DNA of 64,000 nt from Pseudomonadota bacterium (GTDB taxonomy: Archaea > Thermoplasmatota > SW-10-69-26 > JACQPN01 > JAJPHT01): contig JAJPHT010000045.1 of the NCBI GenBank assembly GCA_021325135.1, forward strand, positions 32,001 to 96,000, read 5' to 3'. This document shows positions 39,874 through 48,222 of this stretch, piece after piece. Below the pieces are notes generated by a model. That model was not told where the DNA came from. It saw nothing but the letters and a program-made list of their open reading frames with translations, and did not search any database. Both the position numbers and the translations under genes were made by a program. Numbering within the stretch: position 1 is the first letter of the stretch; every line of letters begins with the position of its first letter.

Positions 39874-40596
39874 GTGGCGCGCGACGAGCACGGCGAATCG
39901 CCCGCGCAGGTGCGGCGCGACCTCCTCATCTCCGCGCTGGCCATCGTGAGCGTGGCCATCGGGATCTACCAGCTCGCGCACGCCAAGGAGAGCCCCGAGT
40001 TCACCTGGCTCGACGCCGTGGACCTCGGCATCGTCGCGGTCTTCATCGTGGACTTCGTCGTCCAGGCGCGCCGGTGCGGCGACTGGCGGCAATACCTCCG
40101 CTGGCACTGGTGGGAGATCCCCAGCCTGATCCCCGTGGGGGGCGCCTTCGTCACCGGCGTCCCGGGCCTCGCGATCATCCGCGGCATCCGCCTCGTGCGG
40201 CTCGTGCGCGTGCTGCGCCTCCTGCGCCTCCTGGGCCTCGTCGCGCGCTTCCGGCGCATCGGGCGCTACGTGAAGCGCGTCGTCCACCGCGCGCACCTGG
40301 GCGGCATCCTCCTCGCGGCCGCGGCGGTCGTCGCCGGGGGCGCGCTCCTGGCCTTCGCCCTGGAGTCGGACGCCAACCCGGCCTTCTCCAGCTTCGGCGA
40401 CGCGCTCTGGTGGAGCCTCAACACGTTCGACAACGTCGCGTACCTGGACTTCCAGCCCGCCACCCTGGGAGGGCGCCTTCTCGCCGGCGCGCTGGAGGTG
40501 TGCGGCATCGGCTTCATCGGCGTCTTCACCGCGAGCCTCGCGGGCGCCATCCTCCAGGAGCCCAAGCCCGACGAGGAGGAAGAGGCCCGAGTGTGA
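39874..40596 (+). CDS. voltage-gated ion channel (KvAP-like 6TM) with a non-canonical filter
   Basis: S4 RGIRLVRLVRVLRLLR; pore helix DALWW; filter reads NVAYLD instead of TVGYGD. Confidence 0.8.
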   Translation: MARDEHGESPAQVRRDLLISALAIVSVAIGIYQLAHAKESPEFTWLDAVDLGIVAVFIVDFVVQARRCGDWRQYLRWHWWEIPSLIPVGGAFVTGVPGLAIIRGIRLVRLVRVLRLLRLLGLVARFRRIGRYVKRVVHRAHLGGILLAAAAVVAGGALLAFALESDANPAFSSFGDALWWSLNTFDNVAYLDFQPATLGGRLLAGALEVCGIGFIGVFTASLAGAILQEPKPDEEEEARV

Positions 40597-40665
40597 GGGA
40601 TTCCATCCACTCCGTCGCGCGCCTCCCAAGCGCGGCCTGCGGGCCGCGCTGCGCGCGACTCCGTG

Positions 40666-40717
40666 GCAGGGGCTCTGCCCCTGCACCCCGCCAGGGGCGG
40701 GGACGCCCCTGGACCCC
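40666..40717. repeat. REP-like double hairpin
   Basis: GCAGGGGC-TCT-GCCCCTGC then CCAGGGGCG-GGGA-CGCCCCTGG, each followed by ACCCC. Confidence 0.6.
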
Positions 40718-40769
40718 ACCCACGGGCCCGACGAAAGGTTCACTCGCTCCCAGCGCGAAGAGGCCTGCC

Positions 40770-41057
40770 ATGGCGGGCGCGCGCGTCGTCCTCTTCATCA
40801 CCCGGAGCGATCCCCAGGGCCGCGAGCGGCTGGGGGCGTACCTTCCGGACGGCCGCCTGGTGGACCTCCAGGCCGGCCACATGGCGATGCGCGGCGTGCC
40901 TTCGCCCTTCCTGCGCGACCGCACCGCGTTCACCTTCGGCGCGGGGCCCGCCGCCGCCACCGTGGAGCAGGTGCTCGCCTGGGTCGCCTCGCAGCAGCCC
41001 CCCGGGGTCCTCGTGCCCGACCGCAACGTGCAGGTCACCGAGCCGCTGCGGGCGTGA
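40770..41057 (+). CDS. hypothetical protein resembling the N-terminal domain of FAH-family hydrolases
   Basis: ERLGAYLPDGRLVDL..., ends VTEPL where the catalytic domain would begin. Confidence 0.5.
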   Translation: MAGARVVLFITRSDPQGRERLGAYLPDGRLVDLQAGHMAMRGVPSPFLRDRTAFTFGAGPAAATVEQVLAWVASQQPPGVLVPDRNVQVTEPLRA

Positions 41058-41066
41058 CGCGGGCCC

Positions 41067-42089
41067 TTGGCAAAGGCAGATAACAGGGGATCGGGCGAGC
41101 AGGGGGGCGTGCTCCCGGCCCAGGCCTTGGGCATCCTCGCCGCCTGCCTCGTCCTCCTGAGCGGGCTGACCGCGGCCCTTGCCTTCGCGCTCTGGAGCGG
41201 CCCGCGCAAGGCCGCGCCGCCCGGGTCCCGACCCGCGCAGGCCCCTCTGTCCTGGGGCGCGCTTCTGCGGGATGGTGCCCTCCTTTCGGCCTCGCTGGGC
41301 GTCGCGATCCTGGGCATCGCCGCCCTTTGGGGCGCCTTGTCTCTCCTGCGCTGGGCGTGGACGGGCGCGCCCGGGTGGGTCGTCCTGGGCGCCCTCGTCG
41401 CGGCGGGCGGGACCTACGCGATGCGCGAGCGACGCCGCAAGCGGGCGCGCGAGGCCGCCGAGCAGGCCGCTCGCCAGGAGGCGGAGGCGCGGCAGAAGCG
41501 CGAAGCGGCCGAAGCCGGAGCGCGCCGCGCCGAGGAGGCCCGCCAGGCCCGCGCCCGCTTCGAGGAGGAGCAGCGCCGCCGCGGGCTCGTGCCGCACGCG
41601 GGGCGCGACGGCGCCACGCGCTGGGTCGCGCCCGCCGAAGCGGAGAGCCTGGCGCGCCGCGCGGCGGCGTCCGAGGAGGAGGCGATGGTGCGCGCGTGCC
41701 TCGATGCGTTCTCCCCCTCGATGCGCCACGACCACGAGCTGCCCTACCACATGGAGCTCCTCGGGTACCTCCGCGCCAGGCTTCCCGCCGCGCTGCCGGA
41801 GGTGCAGGTGGGCTCCTCGCGGCCGGACATCGTGGTGGGCCGCATCGCCATCGAGGTCAAGGGCCCCACCGACGTGGCGGCGCTCCAGACCGTGGCGGAC
41901 AAGTGCGTCCGCTACGCCCAGCACTTCGACGTGGTGATCGTCGTCCTCTTCGACGTCACCGTGGGCGAGCGCATGTACGCCGAGTGGGAGCGCGGCATCG
42001 CGAGGACGTTCCCCCAGGTCGCCCTCGTCCGCAAGGCCCCGACGCGCGGGCCCGCCTCCTTCGGGAGCTACTCGTCCCGGGTCCGCTGA
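41067..42089 (+). CDS. membrane-anchored coiled-coil protein with C-terminal PD-(D/E)xK nuclease-like domain
   Basis: 3 TM, E/R/A coiled coil, E...RPDIVVGRIAIEVK. Confidence 0.65.
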   Translation: MAKADNRGSGEQGGVLPAQALGILAACLVLLSGLTAALAFALWSGPRKAAPPGSRPAQAPLSWGALLRDGALLSASLGVAILGIAALWGALSLLRWAWTGAPGWVVLGALVAAGGTYAMRERRRKRAREAAEQAARQEAEARQKREAAEAGARRAEEARQARARFEEEQRRRGLVPHAGRDGATRWVAPAEAESLARRAAASEEEAMVRACLDAFSPSMRHDHELPYHMELLGYLRARLPAALPEVQVGSSRPDIVVGRIAIEVKGPTDVAALQTVADKCVRYAQHFDVVIVVLFDVTVGERMYAEWERGIARTFPQVALVRKAPTRGPASFGSYSSRVR

Positions 42090-42140
42090 GCCCCGCCGGT
42101 GTGTCGCGGCGCAGCAGGTCGCCCCCGGGAGAGGCAGCCC

Positions 42141-42146
42141 TTATAT
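42141..42146 (+). promoter_or_regulatory. archaeal TATA box of the thiolase gene
   Basis: TTATAT ending 23 nt before ATG 42170, suggesting a leaderless transcript. Confidence 0.55.
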
Positions 42147-42169
42147 TCGGAAAGGCCCGATGGCCAAGC

Positions 42170-43318
42170 ATGGCCTCGCCCCGCGAAGCGGTCATCGTCG
42201 ACGCGATCCGCACCCCCTTCGGCAAGCGCAACGGCTCCTTCAAGGACACGCACCCCGAGGTCCTGGGCGCCATGCCGCTGAAGGCCTTGACCGAGCGGCT
42301 GGGCCTTCGCCCCGACGAGATCGACGACGTCATCTACGGCAACGTGACCCCCGTGGGCGAGCAGGGGCTCAACATCGCGCGCAAGGTCGCGCTCCTCGCG
42401 GGCTGGGGCGACGGCGTCGCGGGCGTGCAGCTCAACCGCATGTGCGGCTCGGGCCAGCAGGCCATCAACTTCGCCGCGCAGGGCGTCATGAGCGGCGTCA
42501 ACGACCTCGTGATCGCGGGCGGCGTCGAGCACATGACGCGCGTGCCCATCGGCAGCGACGCGGGCCCCGTCTCGGAGGAGCTGGCCAACCTCTACGAGAT
42601 CCTCCACCAGGGCGAGAGCGCGGAGCGCATCGCCGACAAGTGGGGCTTCACGCGGGCGGACCTCGACCAGTTCGCGCTGGAGAGCCAGCACAAGTACGCC
42701 AAGGCGCGCGACGAGGGGCGCTACAAGAGCCAGATCGTCCCCGTGCGCGTGACGGTGGACGGCCAGGAGAGGATCGTCGAGGCGGACGAGCACCCGCGCC
42801 CCACCACGGCGGAGGGGCTCGCGAAGCTCAAGCCCGTCTTCCGCCCCGACAACGGGAGGATCACGGCGGGCAACAGCAGCGGCATCGTGGACGGCGCCGC
42901 CGCGGTCGTCGTCACGAGCGCGGAGAACGCGCAGCGCCGCGGCTGGAAGCCCCGCGCGCGCATCGTCGCGCAGGCCGCCGTGGGCAGCGACCCCGTGCTT
43001 ATGCTCACCGGCCCCATCCCCGCCACGAGGAAGGTCCTCGCCAAGGCCAAGCTCAACGTGGGCGACATCGACCTCTTCGAGTGCAACGAGGCGTTCGCCA
43101 GCGTCCCCCTCGCCTGGCAGAAGGACTGCGGCGTCGACCCCAGGAAGGTCAACGTCAACGGCGGCGCCATCGCCCACGGCCACCCCCTGGGCGCCACCGG
43201 CGCGGCGCTGGTCACCAAGCTCGTCAACGAGCTGGAGCGCACCGGCAAGCGCTACGGCCTCTCCACCATGTGCATCGGGTTTGGCCAGGGCATCGCGACC
43301 ATTGTGGAGCGCCTGTAA
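42170..43318 (+). CDS. thiolase (acetyl-CoA C-acyltransferase)
   Basis: NRMCGSG, ECNEAFA, GGAIAHGHPLGATG, MCIGFGQG. Confidence 0.95.
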   Translation: MASPREAVIVDAIRTPFGKRNGSFKDTHPEVLGAMPLKALTERLGLRPDEIDDVIYGNVTPVGEQGLNIARKVALLAGWGDGVAGVQLNRMCGSGQQAINFAAQGVMSGVNDLVIAGGVEHMTRVPIGSDAGPVSEELANLYEILHQGESAERIADKWGFTRADLDQFALESQHKYAKARDEGRYKSQIVPVRVTVDGQERIVEADEHPRPTTAEGLAKLKPVFRPDNGRITAGNSSGIVDGAAAVVVTSAENAQRRGWKPRARIVAQAAVGSDPVLMLTGPIPATRKVLAKAKLNVGDIDLFECNEAFASVPLAWQKDCGVDPRKVNVNGGAIAHGHPLGATGAALVTKLVNELERTGKRYGLSTMCIGFGQGIATIVERL

Positions 43319-43396
43319 GCCGGTCATCCAGGCAGGTGTGGGTCCGCCGCAGCGGACCCACGGCGCATTGCGCCGCTGGTGCGCCAGCGGTGTCGG

Positions 43397-43441
43397 ATCG
43401 GCTTCGGCCAGGGAATCGCGACGATCGTCGAGCGCCTGTAA
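43397..43441 (+). repeat. direct repeat of the last 45 nt of the thiolase gene (43274-43318)
   Basis: Encodes the same IGFGQGIATIVERL*; 39/45 identical, all six differences synonymous. Confidence 0.85.
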
Positions 43442-43520
43442 CACCCGGCATGCGTCAGGGACGCCGAAGGCCCCGCACCAGAAGACGTATCCTCGCGCGC
43501 CCGACCACGTCTGGTACGGG

Positions 43521-44261
43521 ATGACGTCCGACGACGTGCAGGCGGCCCTGGGCGACACCGTCGACGCGCTGCTGGTCCTCGACGAGCCGCTCCTGAGCCC
43601 GCGATATCACGGCATCCTCGCGCGCCGCGCCACCGCGGGCATGCAGCAGGACCTCGCCAGGCTGCGCGGGCTCGTCCTCCAGGCGAACCGCGTCGCGCGC
43701 GCGGGGGCCAGGAAGTGGGCGCGCGCGTCGGCGCACGTCGTCGTCCACGACTTCCTCGATTGGGGCGAGCGGACGCTGCTGGACTCCTTCCTGAGCCTCG
43801 CCGAGACGGAGATGCGCGTCCTGGCCTCTGCCGCCCGCGCTGCCCCCACGCGGGAGATCCGCGCGGACTTCGACCAGACGGTGCTCCTCCACCGCGAGGC
43901 CGCGCGGACGCTGCGCGACGCGCTGGCGCCCCTGGACCCGGGGCGCGCCCTCGCCCCGCCGCCGCGCATGCCGGTGCGCCCCGTCCAGGAGGAGGCCGTC
44001 CCGGGGGACCTGCGCGGCCAGATCGAGGCGGCGATGCGCGGCTCCCTCGCCGCCGGACGCCCCATCCGGCAGGTCGCGCTGAGCCCCACCGCGCTGCGGC
44101 ACCTCCGCGACCAGGGGTGCTTCCAGGACGGCGAGACGACGCTCCTTCAGGTGCCCGTCGTCGTCGACTTCGGCTGGGACGTGTCCGCCTTCGCGCTCCA
44201 GACGCGCGACTGTGTGCCCCTGGAGGAGATCGTCCAGGAGCGCCGCGAGCGCGCCGGCTGA
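43521..44261 (+). CDS. hypothetical protein, ferritin-like N-domain plus small alpha/beta C-domain
   Basis: AARAAPTREIRADF echoes AARDAPTPALKERL of 23272-23727. Confidence 0.55.
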   Translation: MTSDDVQAALGDTVDALLVLDEPLLSPRYHGILARRATAGMQQDLARLRGLVLQANRVARAGARKWARASAHVVVHDFLDWGERTLLDSFLSLAETEMRVLASAARAAPTREIRADFDQTVLLHREAARTLRDALAPLDPGRALAPPPRMPVRPVQEEAVPGDLRGQIEAAMRGSLAAGRPIRQVALSPTALRHLRDQGCFQDGETTLLQVPVVVDFGWDVSAFALQTRDCVPLEEIVQERRERAG

Positions 44262-44334
44262 AGGGCCACAACGCCGCAACGACGCAGCGGCCCCAGCGCA
44301 GCGCGCAAGCGCCGCCGCCCCCTCCCCGGCGCCC

Positions 44335-44520
44335 ATGCGTCGGGCCCTGCTCGCCGTGGGCGCCGCCCTCCTCAGCGCCATGGCCGCCGGCATCCTCCTC
44401 CTTCCCCACCCCGCCCCGGGGGCCGTCGGCGTCACCAGCAAGGAGGCCGGCGCCGCCTTCCTGGGGCTCATCATTCTCGTCGTCGCGATCCTGGGGCCGG
44501 ATTGGAGGGACTGGTTCTGA
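44335..44520 (+). CDS. small two-TM membrane protein
   Basis: 61 aa, hydrophobic. Confidence 0.55.
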   Translation: MRRALLAVGAALLSAMAAGILLLPHPAPGAVGVTSKEAGAAFLGLIILVVAILGPDWRDWF

Positions 44521-44593
44521 GACGCTTCGCGTCTCAGCCTCGGTCCGCGCCGAAGGCGCGGACCGACTCGGCTGGGGGCCCTTCGGGCCCCCG

Positions 44594-44707
44594 GCGAGCG
44601 CCCCTTTTTTCGCAGAAATGCCCTTAGGGGCGCTCCGGCGCCGCCTTCGGCGGCGCCTGCGGCCCCTACAAGGCGTCCGGCATTTCTGCGAAAAAACGGG
44701 CGCTCGC
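44594..44707. repeat. 114-bp inverted-repeat element
   Basis: 29-bp terminal arms (28/29 complementary) enclosing a nested GGCGCCGCC-TTC-GGCGGCGCC hairpin. Confidence 0.8.
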
Positions 44708-44758
44708 TGGTTCGCAAAGGGGGCAAACCTCAAGGTGCGGTCGCTTGCTTGCGGCGGC

Positions 44759-45670
44759 GTGAGCAGCCCTCTGCTTGTGGTCGGCACGGTGGCGTTGGAC
44801 AGCGTGGAGACGCCCTACGGGAAGGCCTCGGACGTGCTGGGCGGGAGCGCCACGTACTTCGCCGCCGGGGCGTCGTTCTTCGCGCCGGTGCGGCTGGTGG
44901 GGGTCGTCGGGGACGACTTCCCCATGGAGAAGCTCTCGTTCCTCCGGCGGCGCGGCGTCGACCTGGCGGGCATCGAGGTGGTGCCCGGGGGGAAGACGTT
45001 CCGCTGGGCGGGGCGATATCACCTTGACCTCAACCACCGCGACACGCTGGGCACGTGGCTCAACGTGCTGGAGACGTTCCAGCCCAAGCTCCCCGACGAG
45101 TGGCGCGACACGCCCTACGTGTTCCTCGCCAACATCGACCCCGTGCTCCAGCGCCAGGTGCTCGACCAGGTGAAGACGCCCAAGCTCACCGTCGCGGACA
45201 CCATGAACTTCTGGATCGGCAGCGTGCGCCCGGAGCTGGTGAAGACGCTCGCGCGCGTGGACGCCCTCATCGTCAACGACGAGGAGGCGCGGCAGCTTGC
45301 CGGCGTCCCCAACCTCGTGCGCGCCGCGGGGATCATCCGCCAGATGGGGCCCCGCACCGTGATCGTGAAGAAGGGCGAGCACGGCGCGCTCCTCTTCCAC
45401 GAGGGGAAGGTCTTCAGCGCGCCCGCCTACCCCCTGGAGGACGTGTTCGACCCCACCGGCGCGGGCGACACGTTCGCGGGCGGCTTCTACGGCTACCTCG
45501 CCAAGCAGGGCAAGGCCGACGAGGCCACGCTGCGCAACGCGGTGCTCTACGGCAGCGCGCTCGCCTCCTTCTGCGTGGAGCGCTTCGGGCCCGACCGCCT
45601 CGTCGACCTCACCTTGAAGGAGATCGAGGAGCGCGTCCAGGCCTTCCGGGACCTCGTCCGGGTGTCCTGA
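44759..45670 (+). CDS. PfkB family carbohydrate/nucleoside kinase
   Basis: VGTVALD, GGSATY, VKKGEHG, DPTGAGDTFAGG. Confidence 0.92.
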   Translation: MSSPLLVVGTVALDSVETPYGKASDVLGGSATYFAAGASFFAPVRLVGVVGDDFPMEKLSFLRRRGVDLAGIEVVPGGKTFRWAGRYHLDLNHRDTLGTWLNVLETFQPKLPDEWRDTPYVFLANIDPVLQRQVLDQVKTPKLTVADTMNFWIGSVRPELVKTLARVDALIVNDEEARQLAGVPNLVRAAGIIRQMGPRTVIVKKGEHGALLFHEGKVFSAPAYPLEDVFDPTGAGDTFAGGFYGYLAKQGKADEATLRNAVLYGSALASFCVERFGPDRLVDLTLKEIEERVQAFRDLVRVS

Positions 45671-45725
45671 GGGAGAAGAGGCGACTTCCGCTCCTTCATA
45701 TACCTGGGAGAACGACGGCGCCTCC

Positions 45726-45797
45726 ATGACGACGGAGAAGCGCGAGACCCCCCGGCAGACCCCCACCGACGACGTGGACCCCTGGACCCTGCCGTAG
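45726..45797 (+). CDS. candidate 23-aa microprotein
   Basis: MTTEKRETPRQTPTDDVDPWTLP; GC3-rich codons; TTCATATA ends 23 nt upstream. Confidence 0.4.
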   Translation: MTTEKRETPRQTPTDDVDPWTLP

Positions 45798-45832
45798 GGC
45801 AGCTTGAAGCCGCGGCCCGATCTCCCCTTTTC

Positions 45833-46477
45833 GTGGAGCCCGAGGCCCTTCTCTTCGATCTCGACGGGACGCTTGTCGACGGCGCCGCCGCGATCCACGA
45901 CGCCTTCGAGCACGCGCTGCGCGAGACGGGCATGCCCCCCGTCCCCCGCGACCGCGTCGCCGGCATGATCGGCGCGCCGCTGCGCCTGATGTTCCGCGAG
46001 CTGTGCCAGGTGAGCGACGCGGACGCCGCCCTTCTCGTGCGCGCCTACCGCGCCCGCTTCGAGGCCGTGGCGCCCACGCTGGTCCGCCCGACGCCCGGCG
46101 CGCTGGAGGCGCTGGACCGCTTCCCCGGCACGCCCATGGCCGTCGTCACCACCAAGGCCGCCGACCCCGCGCGGCTGGTCCTCCGCGCCCTGGGCGTCGA
46201 GGAGCGCTTCGCGACCGTCGTGGGCGTGGACACCGTCCTGCGCCCCAAGCCCGACCCCGAGGGCGTGCGCGTCGCGCTGGCGCGCCTGGGCGTCGGCTCG
46301 CGGCGCGCCGTGTTCGTGGGCGACACCGTGATGGACGTCGTCGCGGGCCGCGGCGCGGGCGCCAGGACCATCGCCGTCGCCAACGGGCACGGCGACCCGG
46401 GCGAGCTTCGCGCCGCCTCGCCCGACGCGCTCATTCCCGATCTCACGCGGCTCCACGAGGCGGTGAGCCGGCTGTGA
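45833..46477 (+). CDS. HAD-IA hydrolase (phosphoglycolate phosphatase-like)
   Basis: FDLDGTL, VVTTK, KPDP, VGDTVMD. Confidence 0.9.
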   Translation: MEPEALLFDLDGTLVDGAAAIHDAFEHALRETGMPPVPRDRVAGMIGAPLRLMFRELCQVSDADAALLVRAYRARFEAVAPTLVRPTPGALEALDRFPGTPMAVVTTKAADPARLVLRALGVEERFATVVGVDTVLRPKPDPEGVRVALARLGVGSRRAVFVGDTVMDVVAGRGAGARTIAVANGHGDPGELRAASPDALIPDLTRLHEAVSRL

Positions 46478-46869
46478 GCGCCGACCCCGTCGACCTGCTG
46501 CGGCGCTTCCGCCGCATCGCCGTCGTGGGCTGCTCCGCGACGCCGGGCAAGGACGCCCACGAGATCCCCAAACACATGCTCCACCACGGCTATGATATCA
46601 TCCCCATCAACCCCGGCGCGGCGGAGATCTTCGGCGTGCGCGCGTACCCCACCCTCGCGGACGCGCCCGGCCCCATCGAGATCGTCGACGTGTTCCGCCC
46701 TCCAGCCGAGGCGCCCGCCGTCGCGCGGCAGGCCGTGGCGGCCGGCGCCAAGGCCCTCTGGCTGCAGCTTGGCATCCGCAGCGAGGAGGCGCGCCGCATC
46801 GCCGAGGAGGCGGGCCTTCTCTACGTCGAGGACCGCTGCCTCAAGGTGGAGCTTCGGAAGCTCCGCTGA
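46474..46869 (+). CDS. CoA-binding protein (YccU-like)
   Basis: IAVVGCS, IIPINP, IVDVFRP, LWLQLGI, DRCLKVE. Confidence 0.9.
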   Translation: MSADPVDLLRRFRRIAVVGCSATPGKDAHEIPKHMLHHGYDIIPINPGAAEIFGVRAYPTLADAPGPIEIVDVFRPPAEAPAVARQAVAAGAKALWLQLGIRSEEARRIAEEAGLLYVEDRCLKVELRKLR

Positions 46870-46951
46870 TCGCCCGCCGCGCATCGACGCAGCGGCGAAG
46901 CGCCGCACTCGCGCCATCGTCAAATAGGCGACGCGTCGCAGGCGCGCCACC

Positions 46952-48217
46952 ATGCGCCCGATCGCCTTCGCCCTCGGTCTTGCGCTCGTCCTCGCTCCCG
47001 GCCTCGTGCCCGTGTCCGAGGCGGGCCTTCTGGGAGCCTCCGGCGGAGGCACGCTCCTCGTGGGCTACTCCCCTGGCGCGCTGACGCCCGTGACGGGCCT
47101 CGTCGCCTCCCTAGGCGGCTCCATCACCGGCTCCTCGCCCGAGCTGTCGGTCCTGCGCGCGGACGTGCCCGACGTCTCCGCCGCGCTGCTTGCGCTCCAG
47201 CTTTCGCCCCTCGTCGCGTTCGCCGAGCGCGACGGGCAGGCGGTCCTCACGGGCGCCGAGTGGAACGGCGCGGAGTGGAACGTCGTCGACGAGAACGGCG
47301 CCGAATGGAACGGGGCCGAGTGGAACGGCCAAGGCTCCTCCGCGCTCCCCGACCCGGGCATCCCGCTCCAGTGGGGCCTCGTCGCGGCCGACGTGCCCCC
47401 GGCGTGGGCCGTCACCACCGGCCATCGCGCGGCGCCGCTGTGCGTCGTGGACTCCGGCGTCGACCTCTCGCACCCGGACCTCGCGGCCAACCTGTGGACG
47501 GGCCCCTCGGGCGAGCACGGGGTCAACCTCCTCTCGCCCGGCTCGCCGCCCCAGGACGACGCGGGCCACGGCACGCACGTCGCGGGCATCGCCGCCGCCG
47601 TCGTGGGCAACCAGTGGGGCGTCGCGGGCGTCGGCAACGAGCCCATCATGGCCGTGAAGGTCCTGGACAGCACGGGCCACGGCCGCGAGTCGGACGTGGC
47701 GTTCGGCCTCGTCTGGTGCGCGACCCACGGCGCCAAGGTCGCGCTCCTCGCCCTCTCCGCCGACGGCACGACGACGCTGAAGCGCGCGCTGGCGTTCGCC
47801 TCGGACCACGACGTGCTCGTCGTCGCGTCCGCCGGGAACAAGGGGCCCTGCGCCGGCTGCGTCTCGTTCCCGGCCAGCGACCCGCACGTCCTCGCCGTGG
47901 GCGCGATCTCTCCTTCGCGCACGCTGGCGCCCTTCAGCAGCAGCGGCCCGCAGGTGGCCCTCGCCGCGCCGGGCGTTGATATCACCTCCACCTTTGCGGG
48001 CGGCCTCTACGCGACGGGCAGCGGCACGAGCCAGGCCGCGGCGTGGGTCGCGGGCGCCGCCGCCCTCGCGCGCGACGCGGGGCCGGGCCTCAGCGCGCAG
48101 GCCACGCGCGACGACCTCGTCTCCCACGCGGTGGACCTCGGGCCAAAAGGTCCCGATCCCCTCTACGGCGCAGGCCTCCTGGACGTGCGCGCGGCCGTGG
48201 CGGCCGCCAGCGGGTAG
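46952..48217 (+). CDS. secreted S8 subtilisin-like serine protease with GAEWN repeats
   Basis: Signal peptide; VVDSGVD, GHGTHVAG, SAGN, GTSQAA catalytic motifs. Confidence 0.9.
   Translation: MRPIAFALGLALVLAPGLVPVSEAGLLGASGGGTLLVGYSPGALTPVTGLVASLGGSITGSSPELSVLRADVPDVSAALLALQLSPLVAFAERDGQAVLTGAEWNGAEWNVVDENGAEWNGAEWNGQGSSALPDPGIPLQWGLVAADVPPAWAVTTGHRAAPLCVVDSGVDLSHPDLAANLWTGPSGEHGVNLLSPGSPPQDDAGHGTHVAGIAAAVVGNQWGVAGVGNEPIMAVKVLDSTGHGRESDVAFGLVWCATHGAKVALLALSADGTTTLKRALAFASDHDVLVVASAGNKGPCAGCVSFPASDPHVLAVGAISPSRTLAPFSSSGPQVALAAPGVDITSTFAGGLYATGSGTSQAAAWVAGAAALARDAGPGLSAQATRDDLVSHAVDLGPKGPDPLYGAGLLDVRAAVAAASG
47252..47326 (+). repeat. 15-bp / pentapeptide repeat GAEWN x4 with one VVDEN spacer
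   Basis: GAEWN GAEWN VVDEN GAEWN GAEWN, each copy with different synonymous codons. Confidence 0.85.
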
Positions 48218-48222
48218 GCGCC

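Noticed and set aside
47252-47326. Short direct repeats as a CRISPR array or DNA-level VNTR
   Set aside because: 15-bp in-frame coding repeats with synonymous variation; no spacers or cas genes. No CRISPR array was seen anywhere in the window.
46952-48217. Subtilase as the LanP leader peptidase of the RiPP cluster
   Set aside because: It is 10 kb away and in an operon with a histidine kinase; nothing in the sequence links it to the cluster.
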